Part shown: positions 24,661 through 36,665 of the stretch, one piece after another
Position numbering within the stretch: the stretch's first letter is position 1
Layout of the letters: each line of letters begins with the position of its first letter
Origin: Vicugna vicugna
Taxonomy: Eukaryota
Assembly (NCBI GenBank): GCA_013265495.1
Contig: MU058650.1
Coordinates: 523,394-587,393 of the forward strand
DNA length: 64,000 bases
Direction: 5' to 3'
The notes under the pieces: generated by a model
What the model saw: the letters and a program-made list of their open reading frames with translations, nothing else
Database searches by the model: none
Told to the model about the DNA's origin: nothing
Translations under genes and position numbers: made by a program

Positions 24661-25903
24661 AGGACACCATAAATTTCCTAGAACAGAACACAGGCAAAAC
24701 ATTCCCTGGCATAAATCATAGCAATGTTCTCCTAGGTCAGTCTACCAAGGCAATAGAAATAAAAGCAAAAATAAACAAATGGGATCTAATTAAACTTAAA
24801 AGCTTTTGCACAACAAAGGAAACCATATACAAAAGGAAAAGACAACCTGCAGCCTGGAAGAAAACACTTGCAAACAGTGCAACTGACAAGGGCTTACCCT
24901 CCAGCATATACAAACAGCTCATACAATTCAATAACAAAAAAAAACCGAACAACCCAATCAAAAAATGGGCAGAAGACCTAAACAGACATTTCTCCAGTGA
25001 AGACATGCTGATGACCGATAGGCACATAAAAAGATGCTCAATAGAACTAATTGTCAGAGAAACATAAACCAAAATTACAATGAGGTATCACCTCACACCA
25101 GTCAGAATGGCCATCACTAAGAAGTCCACAAATAAAAAATGCTGGAGAGGGTGTGGGAAAAAAGGAACCCTCCTACACTGTTGGTGGGAATGTAATTTAG
25201 TGTAGCCATTATGGAAAATAGTAGGGGGATTCCTTAAAAAACTAAAAATAGGCTTACCATATGATCCAGTAATCCTACTCCTGGATATCCAGAGAAAACT
25301 CTAATTAGAAAAGAATTATGCACTCCTATGTTCATAGCAACACTGTTTACAATAGCCGAGACATGGAAGCAACCTAAATGTCCATCAACAGATGAAGGGA
25401 TAAAGAAATTATGGTAAAAAAAAAAAAGAAATTATGGTATATATACAATGGAATACTACTCAGCTTTAAAAAAAGAATGACATAATGTTATTTGCAGCAA
25501 CATGTATGGACCGAGAGATGGTCACACTAAGTGAAGTAAGTCAGACAGAGAAAGACAAATACCATATGAAATCATCGACACATAAAATCTAAAAAAATGA
25601 CACAAATTTATTTACAAAACCGAAACAGACTCACAGACATATAAAACAAACTTATGTTTACCACAGGGAAAAGTGGGAGGAAGGATAAATCAGAAGTTTG
25701 GGATTAACAGATACAAACTACTATATACAGAATAGATAAACAAGGTCCTACTGTACAGCACAGGGAACTATATTCAGTAGCTTGTAATAACCTGTAATGA
25801 AAAAGAATATGAAAAAAATATACAGATATACATATAACTGAATCACTATGCCATACACCAGAAACTAACTTAACATTGTAAATCAACTATACTTTAGTAA
25901 AAA
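24661..25903 (+). mobile_element. 5'-truncated L1 (ORF2 C-terminal part + 3'UTR)
   Basis: ORF2 C-terminal text and 3'UTR; TSD AAGCATAAATG(G)AAAAC at 24645 and 25904. Confidence 0.93.
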
Positions 25904-26189
25904 AAGCATAAATGGAAAACTATGCAAATAAATCAGTATAATTTATGCCATAAAGAGGTTTCTGATTATTAGAACTATAGATTTTAGAACTATAATGGAC
26001 CCTAAAGATCATTATTTTAACCTGTCAATTTATACCCTCCTCTCAAGCATAATTTACGCTTTTATCCACTATCTACATACCTCTGTGTACATTCCTCTAG
26101 GTACAACTTACTCATTTATGCACACTCCTTCCCTCCTAAAAAATTGCTAGTCCTTCCTTGCATTTGCAAAGGCACAGTAATATAGAAAT

Positions 26190-26965
26190 AAACAAGATAA
26201 AGAACCAAGTAAGAATATAAACAAGATAATATAAGCTAATAATAAGCACCATGAAAAGAGGTAATAGAGACCAATGGAATAGAAAATGATTGGGGTTATA
26301 GGAGGTAGAAGATTGAGGGCTGCTTTAGGTTGGGTGTCATTTCTTCCTGAAGATGTAACATTTAAACAGAGACTTAGATGTATAAAAAAAAAAATCCATG
26401 CAAACACCTGGGGACAGCACTCCAGGAATACGGAACAGCACATGCAAAATCCGGGAGGCTCCGCACGCTTGGTGCAGTTGAGAGACCAAGAAGGCGGGAG
26501 CAGCTGGAGTGGAGCGCAAAGGGGAGAGTGGAGCAGGATGAAATCAGAGGTAAGCAGGGGCCAGAGCACAGGAAGAGCTCAGACTTTATTCCATCACAGA
26601 CAGTTATTATACAGTTTAAAGTGGAGATTTCCAACTGCGATCCCTGGACCAGCAGCATCAGCATCACCTGGGAACTCGTTAGAAATACCAGTTCTCGAGC
26701 ACCACCTGGACATACTTGATCAGAAACTTTGGGGGACAGGGGCCAGCAATCTGTGTTTTAAGAAGCCTGCCAGGTGATTCTGATACACATTATCATTTGA
26801 GAACCATTGGTTTAGAGTAAGAAAGGGCCATGATTTATTTTTTTTAATCACTCTGCTGTGGTGAAACATAATGCTAAGGGACAAGGAGCAGAGGCCAGAA
26901 AGCTAGATCAGAATCTCCAGCTGGGAGACAATGGTGACAGTGGAGATGAAGAAGTGAAGATTGAT
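26190..26965 (-). mobile_element. L2 remnant interrupted by MER5A
   Basis: CTTCCTGAAGATGTAACATTTAAACAGAGACTT..., ACAGCACATGCAAAA.., CAGCTGGAGTGGAG..; resumes after 26810. Confidence 0.6.
26620..26810. mobile_element. MER5A (hAT-Charlie DNA transposon)
   Basis: TCCCTGGACCAGCAGCATCAGCATCACCTGGGAACTCGTTAGAAAT...CCAGCAATCTGTGTTTTAA...CAGGTGATTCTGAT...TTTGAGAACCATTG. Confidence 0.88.
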
Positions 26966-29320
26966 CACATTGCATGAATAAATTACATAAGCACTTATTT
27001 TCCCAACTTGAATGATTTCTATTAATAAATAAATGAACAAGTGAATGGAAATGTGAGGAGCAGGACAAATGTTGATAAAGTTGCTGAAGTCCCAAGAGGC
27101 TATCTCACTTCCTAACAAGAGGCTCCATCACTGCTCCCTCCCAGTCCTCCATCTGTCTGATCCCTTGAACAGCTGCTCCCTGCATTCAAGTCTAGGTCTT
27201 AGATACTAAAAAAGCTTCAGAGAGTTTCTATGGGCTGCTGGTATAAGAATTCACCAAGGAGCAGGACTACACAGCCCTGGAGCTCCGATACATAAGTCAG
27301 GTCCAAGGGCGGAGTGACACAACCTAGAAGGGGAGGATGGGAAAGTTAGCGGCTGGAGGCTGAAATAAGAAATTAGAAAGAGAAGGGCTAGCTCCTCCCC
27401 TCTGTTACCCATCCTGATTCAGCATCCCAACCCAAAGCCCCTAAAGGCTGAATTACCTCCAGACAAGCCTTAGGCAAAACCCAATTTCCAGGATCAGAAA
27501 GCATCTCTTTCCCGCCCTCACCTCCCCAGAAATATGTACACTATACTTGCCAGCACTTATCCTCAATTGCCTGGAATCCCTTTAACTGTAAGAAACACAT
27601 TCCTTTTCACAGTTAGAAATAAAATTGTGTTTTCTTAAGAGGAACAACACATGCAAGTAAAGACAATTTAATCCAAGTGTTAGTGATAATAAATGCTCTC
27701 CTTTTTCAGCAGTGAAAAAAGAAACTGAAAGCACAAAGACGGATTCTAAAAGGCAAAAAGGAAGCTGGACAGGGAAACGATGGCCCTTTTGTCTTCATCA
27801 GCATGAGCACAAATGAGACACTGAGCAAAGGGACTTCCAAGGCCTCAGAAGGTAGCCAAAACCCAAGCAAAAACATTCTGCTCCTAGGTCGACTTAGAAC
27901 CAGTAAGGCATTGAGACGCCTCTTTATATGAAAGTCTCATACTCGGTCTGTTTTTTAAATACTGTGTCCGCAACAGACAGAACTAGGGAGAGACCACTTA
28001 GGCAACGAGCAAAGAATTACCGTGGGCTATGTCCGCACAGGTTGAGAGAAAAGGAGAGCTGAGAAAGTTATTTAGATAAAAGAGAGCTCCATCTTACTAA
28101 TGAAAAAAACAACGTTCTGCTGATTAGAGTAACACAATTCAGTTATCTGTTTTGATCACATTGGTAAGATTCCCACACAGATTTGCCATGAGGACATAGC
28201 TTAGTTCACCAACGAGACTATTTAATCAGTTATTATTTGATTTCAAAATGGAGAGGCATTCGTAATTCCAGAGGATGATCTGCATTTGATTACTGGTATT
28301 GTCATCAAAATACTAACCACAATGATGATGATAAATGTAAAAGCAGACAAGTATGTCGTGCTTACCACATACCAGGAACTCTTCTAAATACATTGACTAA
28401 TTTAATCCAAACATATTTTGAAAGCAGCAAATCCACTGAGAGTGAGTTTTATTTTAGAGGATGTAGAGAAAGATTAATTTGACATTATTTATCTCCGTTA
28501 AAATAAACTATTTAAAATCATGAATAGCCTCAAATTAAAAGCCATCTCAGGAGTTTAAATAATATTTTTTTCCTAGTCTGTACTCTTGAGGATTAATAGG
28601 ACAAAGCTGCAAAGCAATTCCCTTTGAAATGACAGTTAAGATGATCATCAAGCCGTTAAAGTATATGGCACTTTACTAGGTACCAAGATTATTCTTCCGC
28701 TAAGTTTTCTTCCCTTCTGTTCTGTAAAAACAAAACAAAACAAAAGCACGCTATATCCTAATAGCCAGAAAGACGTTCTCGATCCCCACGTCAGTGACAA
28801 TCACCCGTACATGTTAAAGGACCCCCCATAGCATTTCAAGAGGTATCAGGGTTTGAATCTTGACTCCTCAGAAGTTCTTAAAAGCTCACAAAGATAAGCA
28901 GCTATAGTATAGCGTTGTACGTTTACTTTAACTGTAATGTAGCTAGACTGCATCAGAAAATGAATTTAGGCTTTTGTACTTACCAACTGCTTTCCGTCAT
29001 AGCCAATTAAAGATAAACCTTACACTTACTGGGAGCTTTCTGTTTACAAGACACTGTCATTAAATGTATCTCATTTAATAATTTTTGATTTAGTTATTAC
29101 CATCATCATCCATCATCATCAGCCTTTAAAAGAGATAAAGTTCCTTAAAGGTTCTATGTGCTGATGAGGCCTTGAATTCCAGTCTTCTGACCTCAAGTCT
29201 TCTTACTTTACACCACACCACAACCACTTCAAGAAATGGGGAAAGATTTAAAAAAACAGGTAGCATACAGGCTCTAACGAAGCCAGCACCTCTCACTGAA
29301 CTGTGTTAAGCTTGTAGTGA

Positions 29321-29433
29321 TTTTTTCAATATATTTTTATCGAAGTGTAGTCAGCTTACAATGTGGTGTCTATTTCTGGTGTACAGCACAACGCTTCAGT
29401 CATACATATATTCATTTTCATATTCTTTTTAAC
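29321..29433 (-). mobile_element. Very short L1 3'-end fragment (sense to GUCY1A2)
   Basis: Reverse complement of the L1 3'UTR end seen at 23020-23120; degenerate flanking repeat AAGCT..TAGTGA. Confidence 0.8.
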
Positions 29434-29810
29434 CAAGCTGCTAGTGACTTTGATTCAACTTTACTGAAGGATTCTAAAAATCTCATTTAAAGCCTCTCAG
29501 TTGGTACCAACAAACCTTACCATCTTATCAAGGCAAAATACGAGATCCCATGGATGAAAATGAGAGGGTGAGAACGAAAGAAAAAAAAATGGAAAGCAAT
29601 AGCAAAAGGGATTTTGTTTAAAAGGACTGAACACAAATAAGGCAAAGGAAACCACTGCATGGGCCCCTGTGAGCCCCACTCCACACCAGGAGCTCAGCCC
29701 CTACGAAATAAGGTTGACTTGAATGGCAGAAAACCGTATGCTCAACAGCTATGTTTGAGTAATTATCTTTAATTTGTCCCCAGTACTAACCAAAATCCAT
29801 TTTTACTTAC

Positions 29811-29872
29811 CCAGTAATTTGGCGCTCATAATACTGCAATGTCCTCTTGAGAGTGTGCTGTATCATCTCGGG
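29811..29872 (-). CDS. GUCY1A2: GUCY1A2 coding exon 2 (62 nt, phase 0 to 2)
   Basis: Acceptor (TTC)6TGTAG|CCC and donor TGG|GTAAGT. Translates PEMIQHTLKRTLQYYERQIT(G), matching the GUCY1A2 segment after exon 1; phase joins exon 1 correctly. Confidence 0.95.
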
Positions 29873-29877
29873 CTACA

Positions 29878-29895
29878 GAAGAAGAAGAAGAAGAA
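29878..29895 (-). repeat. (TTC)6 forming the polypyrimidine tract of the exon 2 acceptor
   Basis: GAA x6 on the + strand, 3 nt from the acceptor AG. Confidence 0.9.
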
Positions 29896-32800
29896 AAATA
29901 CATTATCAGCAAATCAGTGTCATTCCCGCTCCGAGTATCCTAGACAGATACGAAGCTTCTGATTCAGCTCATAAGTGTTTTCACTTTACAATATTAACCC
30001 ATTATGCATTTTGCCATGTGTTTTCCCCACGGGAACTGAGCAATTACCCAGAATTTCCCAATTTCCAGTATGATAGCATCTCCTAGCCATATTTTCCCCA
30101 ATATTAGGTTCAATAAAATACTCCCTGGCTGCCTGCAATAAACCAGTGGAGAGGGGTGTGCTAGAGAAGATGAGTAATGCCAGGTCAGACTTCCTCAAGA
30201 CTTTTCAAGCAAGGGTTCAAGAGCCTCCTGGAAAGATCACAGGGTTTGGGGCAAGAAACGGGATCTGCAGCAAATACATAAGCAGCTCATAACTGAATTT
30301 TATAATCCTCTCCGCTCCATGACAGCTGAAGATAGAGTTTCTTGACCCTAGACCCAGAATTATTCCAGACTTATTTACGCAACAGAGCCTCAATCAGACC
30401 TAGGGAGGCATGAAACTGACACCAAGATCTTAGAACACAGATTTTAGTAACAAATTATGATAAGAACTAAATTCTCAGTGGCAAGACTATGCATTTTTAA
30501 ATAATAAAAACTTCTAGTCGATCAAGCAGAAAAAAAAAAAGCTTATCAAAATACTGATTTAGGATAGCCCTGGATGAATTTTAGGGGTTTACAATGACTC
30601 TGTTAACACGGACCCTTCCGGATGGGGGGACAGCATGGTAGTCTGGTAATCTCGTGGGCTGCCACTAACCACACAAACCTAGGCAAACCTAAAAAGGTAA
30701 TCCGCAGAAGGGATCTAGCACAGTGCTGGTACCTAAGAAGCAGTTAATATGTATCAGTTTGTTTCCCATCCATAACCTTTCAAAGTGATTGTCTTAAAGG
30801 TGTATAATTTAAAGGCGACTACAGAGGTAGTTGTCAGAGCTCACATGAACCCCTTCCATGTTTACCTCTCCATGAAACCATCCAAGACAGATGTGACGAT
30901 CTCCCCACCTAGTACTCAAAGTCTCAGCATCCTCCTTGGTAGGAGATGGTTACTTTAAAGCCCGAGGAGCGTGAGCATCAATTAAATCGAGGGCCCCCAC
31001 TGAGATCCGTCCTACACTACCATCCAGGAGACCATCTTCACTGAGCAAAACTAACAGCTCAGACGTATCCTTCACTTTAGCCCAGCCATTTCAGAAATCA
31101 ACTTTAGGAGGAAGCAGCCTCCAGATGTTCAAACAAAGAGGTACAGGACAACTTCTTTCAACAGCTGTCTTTCATTTTACAGTAGGTTAAAAAGAAAAAC
31201 ATGAGGCCTCAAACTGGCCCGGACATTTCTGCTCATCAGGATAGAATCAGAAAGCAGAGAAACATACCTAGGAAAGAAAAATCACTCCTGCCCCAAGAAG
31301 TAATGAGGCTGTTGAGAAAATCTGAAGAGGGTGAAGCAGACAAAGCAGTCCTCATGAATGTGAAAAGTGTGCTTTAAAAATCCAACCGACGGCCAACCTA
31401 AGCCAAGTCACTATCAGTCACTTGGCTCAGCATCCCTGGGATCTGGGCCTCTTGCAGGGGTTTGGCGGTTTCTGAGCTAAGATAACTTTTTCTCTTTGGC
31501 AACGTGCCCTAAAAGCAGTGAATATCCACAGGGGATTATCCTTCCAATGACCTCTGGTCACAAAACATGGAACCGAAAGCAGGAACTAGAGCGCACAGGG
31601 CCAGTTAAGCCTAGTGTGACCTCATTTGTACCAAAGGACATTTTTTTTCCTGTCCCAGGAATTTCCCAGTCATTAAAAAGCACATGTTTGTGAAAGGAGT
31701 TAAGCCTTTTAAAGAACTGATTTGTGTGTGTGTGTGTCTGTGTGGAGCAATTGCTTTTAGTCGCCAGTAGGAATTACATTATAGTTTCCAAATACATTAA
31801 AAGGAAAATGTTCCCTGGGCACGTTCAACAAAGTTTCAACTTCGTAAAGATTTACACACTTCCCATGGCTTGCCAAAGCCAGCGGGCACACTCTGGTGGT
31901 CTGAACTATCAGCACAGAGGTTGACTGCAGAGTATCCCCTGGTCTTCAGAAGGCCAGGGCTGATTTCAACACAGACCTGACGCCTCAGAATATTTTATTG
32001 CCACAGATTCACTCCAATCTTCTTCAGAGTTTGCTTAATTCTGACACATCTTCACATAATCTCAGTCTCTCTGACAGTAACAAAAAGCAAAAGGTGAAGA
32101 CCTGCACGTGGGCTAAAGCCTTTGGAAGGAGTGCCTTCTGCCCTGAAGGTTTGTGGGGTCCATTTAGTAAACGTCCACATATGCCAGTGACGCCAGTCAG
32201 TGTGGATCAGTGGGGAAGCAAGGGCTCTGAACACGTGCACATCGTTCTCCTCTTTTGAGGAATGCAGCTCCATATGAGTTCCATCCAGCCTCCCACAGGC
32301 CAAAATCTCATTCCTCTTATCTGCATCCACCCTTGCCTTTAACAGGTTTAGAAATATGATTTAGAAACGAGGATTTAAGATCAAACTGAGTTCAAAACCC
32401 CACTCTGACTCACCAGTTAGATGACCTTGGGCAGTTTACTTAAGCTATCTGAAATGATTCCTCATGTATACATTACTTTTATGGGAATTAATGGGAATAA
32501 AAAATCTGACTCTCTGGTACACAGCAGGTGCATGATAAATGATAATTCTGACTATGCTCAGCTGACAAACATGGCTCCTGCTTTCCAGAGTCTCAAAACC
32601 TAGTGGAGGAGTACACGGTAGACGTGAGAACACCCACCCCACAAGTGTAACGTCTAAAGATTCTCATCACCTAAAAATTACCAGCAGACCCACCACTACT
32701 AGTGACAATGAGAAGATGGTGCCAGTTCCAGTAGACAGAACGGAAACAGGAAAATGGTAGCTGAATTTATAAATATTTCCAATGAAACCTTCAGATCAGT

Positions 32801-34061
32801 CCACAAACATGGGAACAAAAGCAGAACTCCCAAAATTAAGACTGAAAACGACCTAAAGCCAGGCCTGTACGTGGGAAGGACGTCGATGCGCCCCAGCTAA
32901 GATCAGGACCTCAGGCGTCATGCTTTACAGCTACTGAGAAACAAGCCACGAACTCCCTTTCTAGCATGTGAAGAACGCGCAACAGGAGTGGGGTGCTCTA
33001 ATTCGTTCATAACCATTCGCTAGGGGATCTGAGAGACAAGGGTTGGGAAGGAGACAAAATCCATGGTTCTTATCACAAAAGAAGAAAATCAAAGAGATCT
33101 GTAATTTCTTCTCTGCTTCCCCAATCTAAGATAGAGATAGTGGCTTTCTGTCGTACCTACTCCACACACAAAGAAGTAATGGATAGGAAGACAGCCAGAA
33201 AGAGAAAGCCTTCTGCGTCCGGCACATGTATTGTCTGGGGCTCAAACAGGAAGTGCCCGGAAGCTTCCATCGTGTGGCAACAAGAAGTCATCTTCATCTC
33301 CAGTCTTGTTAACAGCTCCACGCCACTGGGTCAGCACTGACTGACCCCCACAGACTAAATGTTATGCTCATGAAAAGTCATGGGATCCAAACAGCCAGCC
33401 GTCAGACAGTCCCAGCAGAGCCAGAGAAGTGAGCCCTGGGCAGTGGGAGGACGCAGTCCCCCAGCAACTGGCCCTGCAAGCTGAGGCAGCCCTGCAGCAG
33501 CCCCCACACGGTCCCTGCTCTGGTCACCTGCACCAGGTGGCCCGGGGGTCAGGCAGGAGGCGGCGGGTCAGGACGTGCGTGCGTGTGTGTGTGTTGTGAT
33601 GAAATGTAGTTGTCATTGAACCAAGTGCATGTTCATCTCAATTTTACATAAAGAAGTTGCGGCTCAGACGGATTAAGCAAGTACCCCAAGATCACACAGC
33701 TAGTAAGTGAACGAGTCACTGCGAGCCAGGCTGGCTTCCAAGTGCGCCCTCTTTTCTACTAGGTGCCGTGAGAGTCCCTCTCACCTTTAACATTTTGTGA
33801 TTCTACATATGTTTAAAATATATACAGCCTTTATCACGCTCAAAACAAGTAAAAATCCACAGATAATTTAAAAACAAACTTCTCACTTCTGCTTTATGAC
33901 ACATACCCATAAGCTACAGAATTAATGGGAACAATAAGTCTGCCTTTACAGAAACATTCATAAATAGCCATGTCTTTTTATTTACTTAAGTATGAGAAAA
34001 TTATATTTCAGGGTCAGAAACTAAACGACATGGATATATATTTAATTACTATTGCTCTAGG

Positions 34062-34205
34062 CCAGTGGTTTACAACTCTGTCTACACATTAAAAAGCCCC
34101 TGAGGAGCTTTTTAAAAATACAAATGCCTGAGTGCCACTCCCGAATTTGCCAATACAACTAGGGGAAACCCATTTGCTTCTGTTGTTACTCAGGGTTGAA
34201 AATCT
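34062..34205. mobile_element. MER5-type hAT remnant
   Basis: CAGTGGTTTACAACTCTG..CACATTAAAA..CCTGAGGAGCTTTTTAAAAATACAAATGCCTG. Confidence 0.6.
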
Positions 34206-36409
34206 TTCCTTTAAGGTATAAACGTGATTATCAAGACCAATACTCTACTGCAGTTGCCTGAGTAAGTCGTCATGCATGAGAGTAGTTCCTTTATTTTAGA
34301 TGGTGCTCAGGAGGAGTCCTACCTTAATTTCCTAAAACACTTGATCTTCAATCCTTACTAAGGTACCTGATTGTATAAGTGATCTTCCCTAATTTATGTA
34401 AGATGGTCTGAATCACTAAAGGTAGAATTTGGGTAAATAGGCTTATCGGTGAGAGAGAAATTGGGGAGCACAGAACCTTTTCATCATCCCCCAAATCACA
34501 ACCCAAAGATCTCCACTTTCCTCATAAGAGCATTTTGCTTGCAAGGACATGATATGCCAAATTTCTTCATTTAAAATGGTCAAATCCTAATGTTAGACAC
34601 TTATCTTTATGGCTAGGCCTGTGGACACCAGTGGATCAAATTTTATGACTGGTATTTTTAATAAAATGAGTCAAAATAGTGTCACTTCAAATAACCAGCT
34701 TAACTACTTCTGAAAGATGTGTAATTGTAGTAATCATCGATCTTGCTAAAGATTCAGGCATAATATTAATTTTCCCAGCCTCTGACTAAACTTACTATAT
34801 ATAAACCAAAACAAAACAAAACAAAAAAACACCCACTGCAAATTAAATATAGAACTTTGAGTCAGGACCTCTGTATTTCAAGCCCAGCTGTGCTACTGAC
34901 CTTTTTAAAATAAAATTAGCCAAAAATCTCTTCACCTGGGAGTACGAAATCTTGGGGGAAAAAGAACCCTCCATTTTCCCATCTGAAAAACACATGTAAG
35001 AAGTTCACAGTTCTCAAGGTCATTTTGAAGTACAGCATTGCAAAGTTAAGCACTTGTAAACAGAGGGTCAGAATGTACCAGTGATTAAACCACCTTTCAG
35101 GAACCTTGGAATACCATCTGTGAATGACCACAGTAATTTGCTAAATGAAACTGGTAGTCCAATCAATTACAAAAGACAAAAATGATAATAAAAGACAAAA
35201 AAATAAAAGTTGGAGATGCATTAGAATATGTAGTTCCGTACACACTGGTTGAACATCTACAGGATTTAATCTAGTCTCCACTTTATTCTCCTTGGGTGAA
35301 CACAGGTACACATCTGACCTCATGAAAGCTAGGGCTGAAGGCTGACATTTTGCTAACTGACCCATAAAGGGATTCAAACTGATCATCTTGGTCCTATTAG
35401 AAGTATGTTTTAATTGGCAAAGCACGATGTTCATTATCATTTAATTATTGATTTTAACTGAATATACTTAATGAATAATCAATGTGATAATTAAGCCTTT
35501 TTACATGAAGTATGTTGGCTTTCCAAGTATTTTCCCCTTTGCTATTTTTAATGCCATTCCAAAATAGCCATTGAATTTCAATTTGACAAGACCTAATACC
35601 ATCACTACTGATTTAATCTGAAAACATACATTCCTTGAACTGAAGTAGATCCAAGGGTTATTTATTAGTTCTCCTCCTCAGACAAGAGCATGTTTAAGTA
35701 ATCCAAGAATTTCTGTTTTCAATGAACTCTGGAAAATAACACCACCACCTTCAGCTTGTTAAACACTTCACAGTTTAAAATCACTTTCTTTTTCTTCATC
35801 TCATTGTACATTCACAACTACCTCATAAGTCTCAGGTGTAACTATCCACATTTTACAGATGAAAATACTGAGATTCAGAGAGATCAGAACACGTTGCCTC
35901 AGCTCCAAGCTGGGAAGAGCCATCAGCTAGACAAGGACCCGGGTCTCTCATCCTTTTTCTCCCATAAGCCACCGCCTCCATTGGAAATTTATCTCACTGG
36001 TGACGATTAGGAACTTATTCTATGTAATAATTTATATTTCCTTATTTCCTTTTATTTTTTCTGTAGTGGATATGAAAACAATGTTGAAAATTGTTTTCCC
36101 AAATTTGTAAATGTTTTTTGTTATTTGGTGTTATCATTAACTTCTTAATAGGGAAATTTCAGGAGAAACGATCTTTCCTGGTCACCACGTGGGCCAGCGT
36201 GGCCGTCTGAATAAACCTCCTGACTGTGACACAAGAGGTAAGGCTTCCGGACATCTCCTCGGGAAAACGGATACTGCTTCATTGCAAACCTTTGGAGAAA
36301 CATGACTTTGGTCTTAAACCATTAAACCAAACATGACCCCACAGATGGCACAAGGCTGACTCCATCTACAAAGTGAAGTAAAAGTGAGTTTTCTGGATTC
36401 AACACTGTA

Positions 36410-36665
36410 ATAGCAGTTGAGTGCCAATGTGTTGAGTGCTAAGTGTCAAACACTTGGCCCAACGTGTTACATGCAACAGCTCATTTAATATTCACAAAAA
36501 CCCGTAAAGGAGGAAGAAGTATTATCCCAATTTTATAAATGTGAAAACCGAGCCCAGAGAAGTTACAGTCTTGCCCAGAGTCACTCAGGTAGTAAGGATC
36601 TAAGTCTGTGTAAGCGTCCTGTCTATATCGGACTGCCTCCAGAAGCCAAGCTTTTAATCTGCTTC
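36410..36665 (-). mobile_element. MIR SINE
   Basis: CTCATTTAATATTCACAAAAACCC..ATTATCCCAATTTTATAAATGTGAAAACCGAGCCCAGAGAAGTTA..CTTGCCCAGAGTCACTCAGGTAGTAAG. Similar MIR remnants occur near 7140, 14720, 14950, 24100, 32380, 33640, 35820, 38700, 44800, 46500, 53130, 55120, 62950 and 63320. Confidence 0.8.

Noticed and set aside
26147..26777. Cluster of 60-163 aa ORFs
   Set aside because: Overlaps L2 and MER5A remnants.
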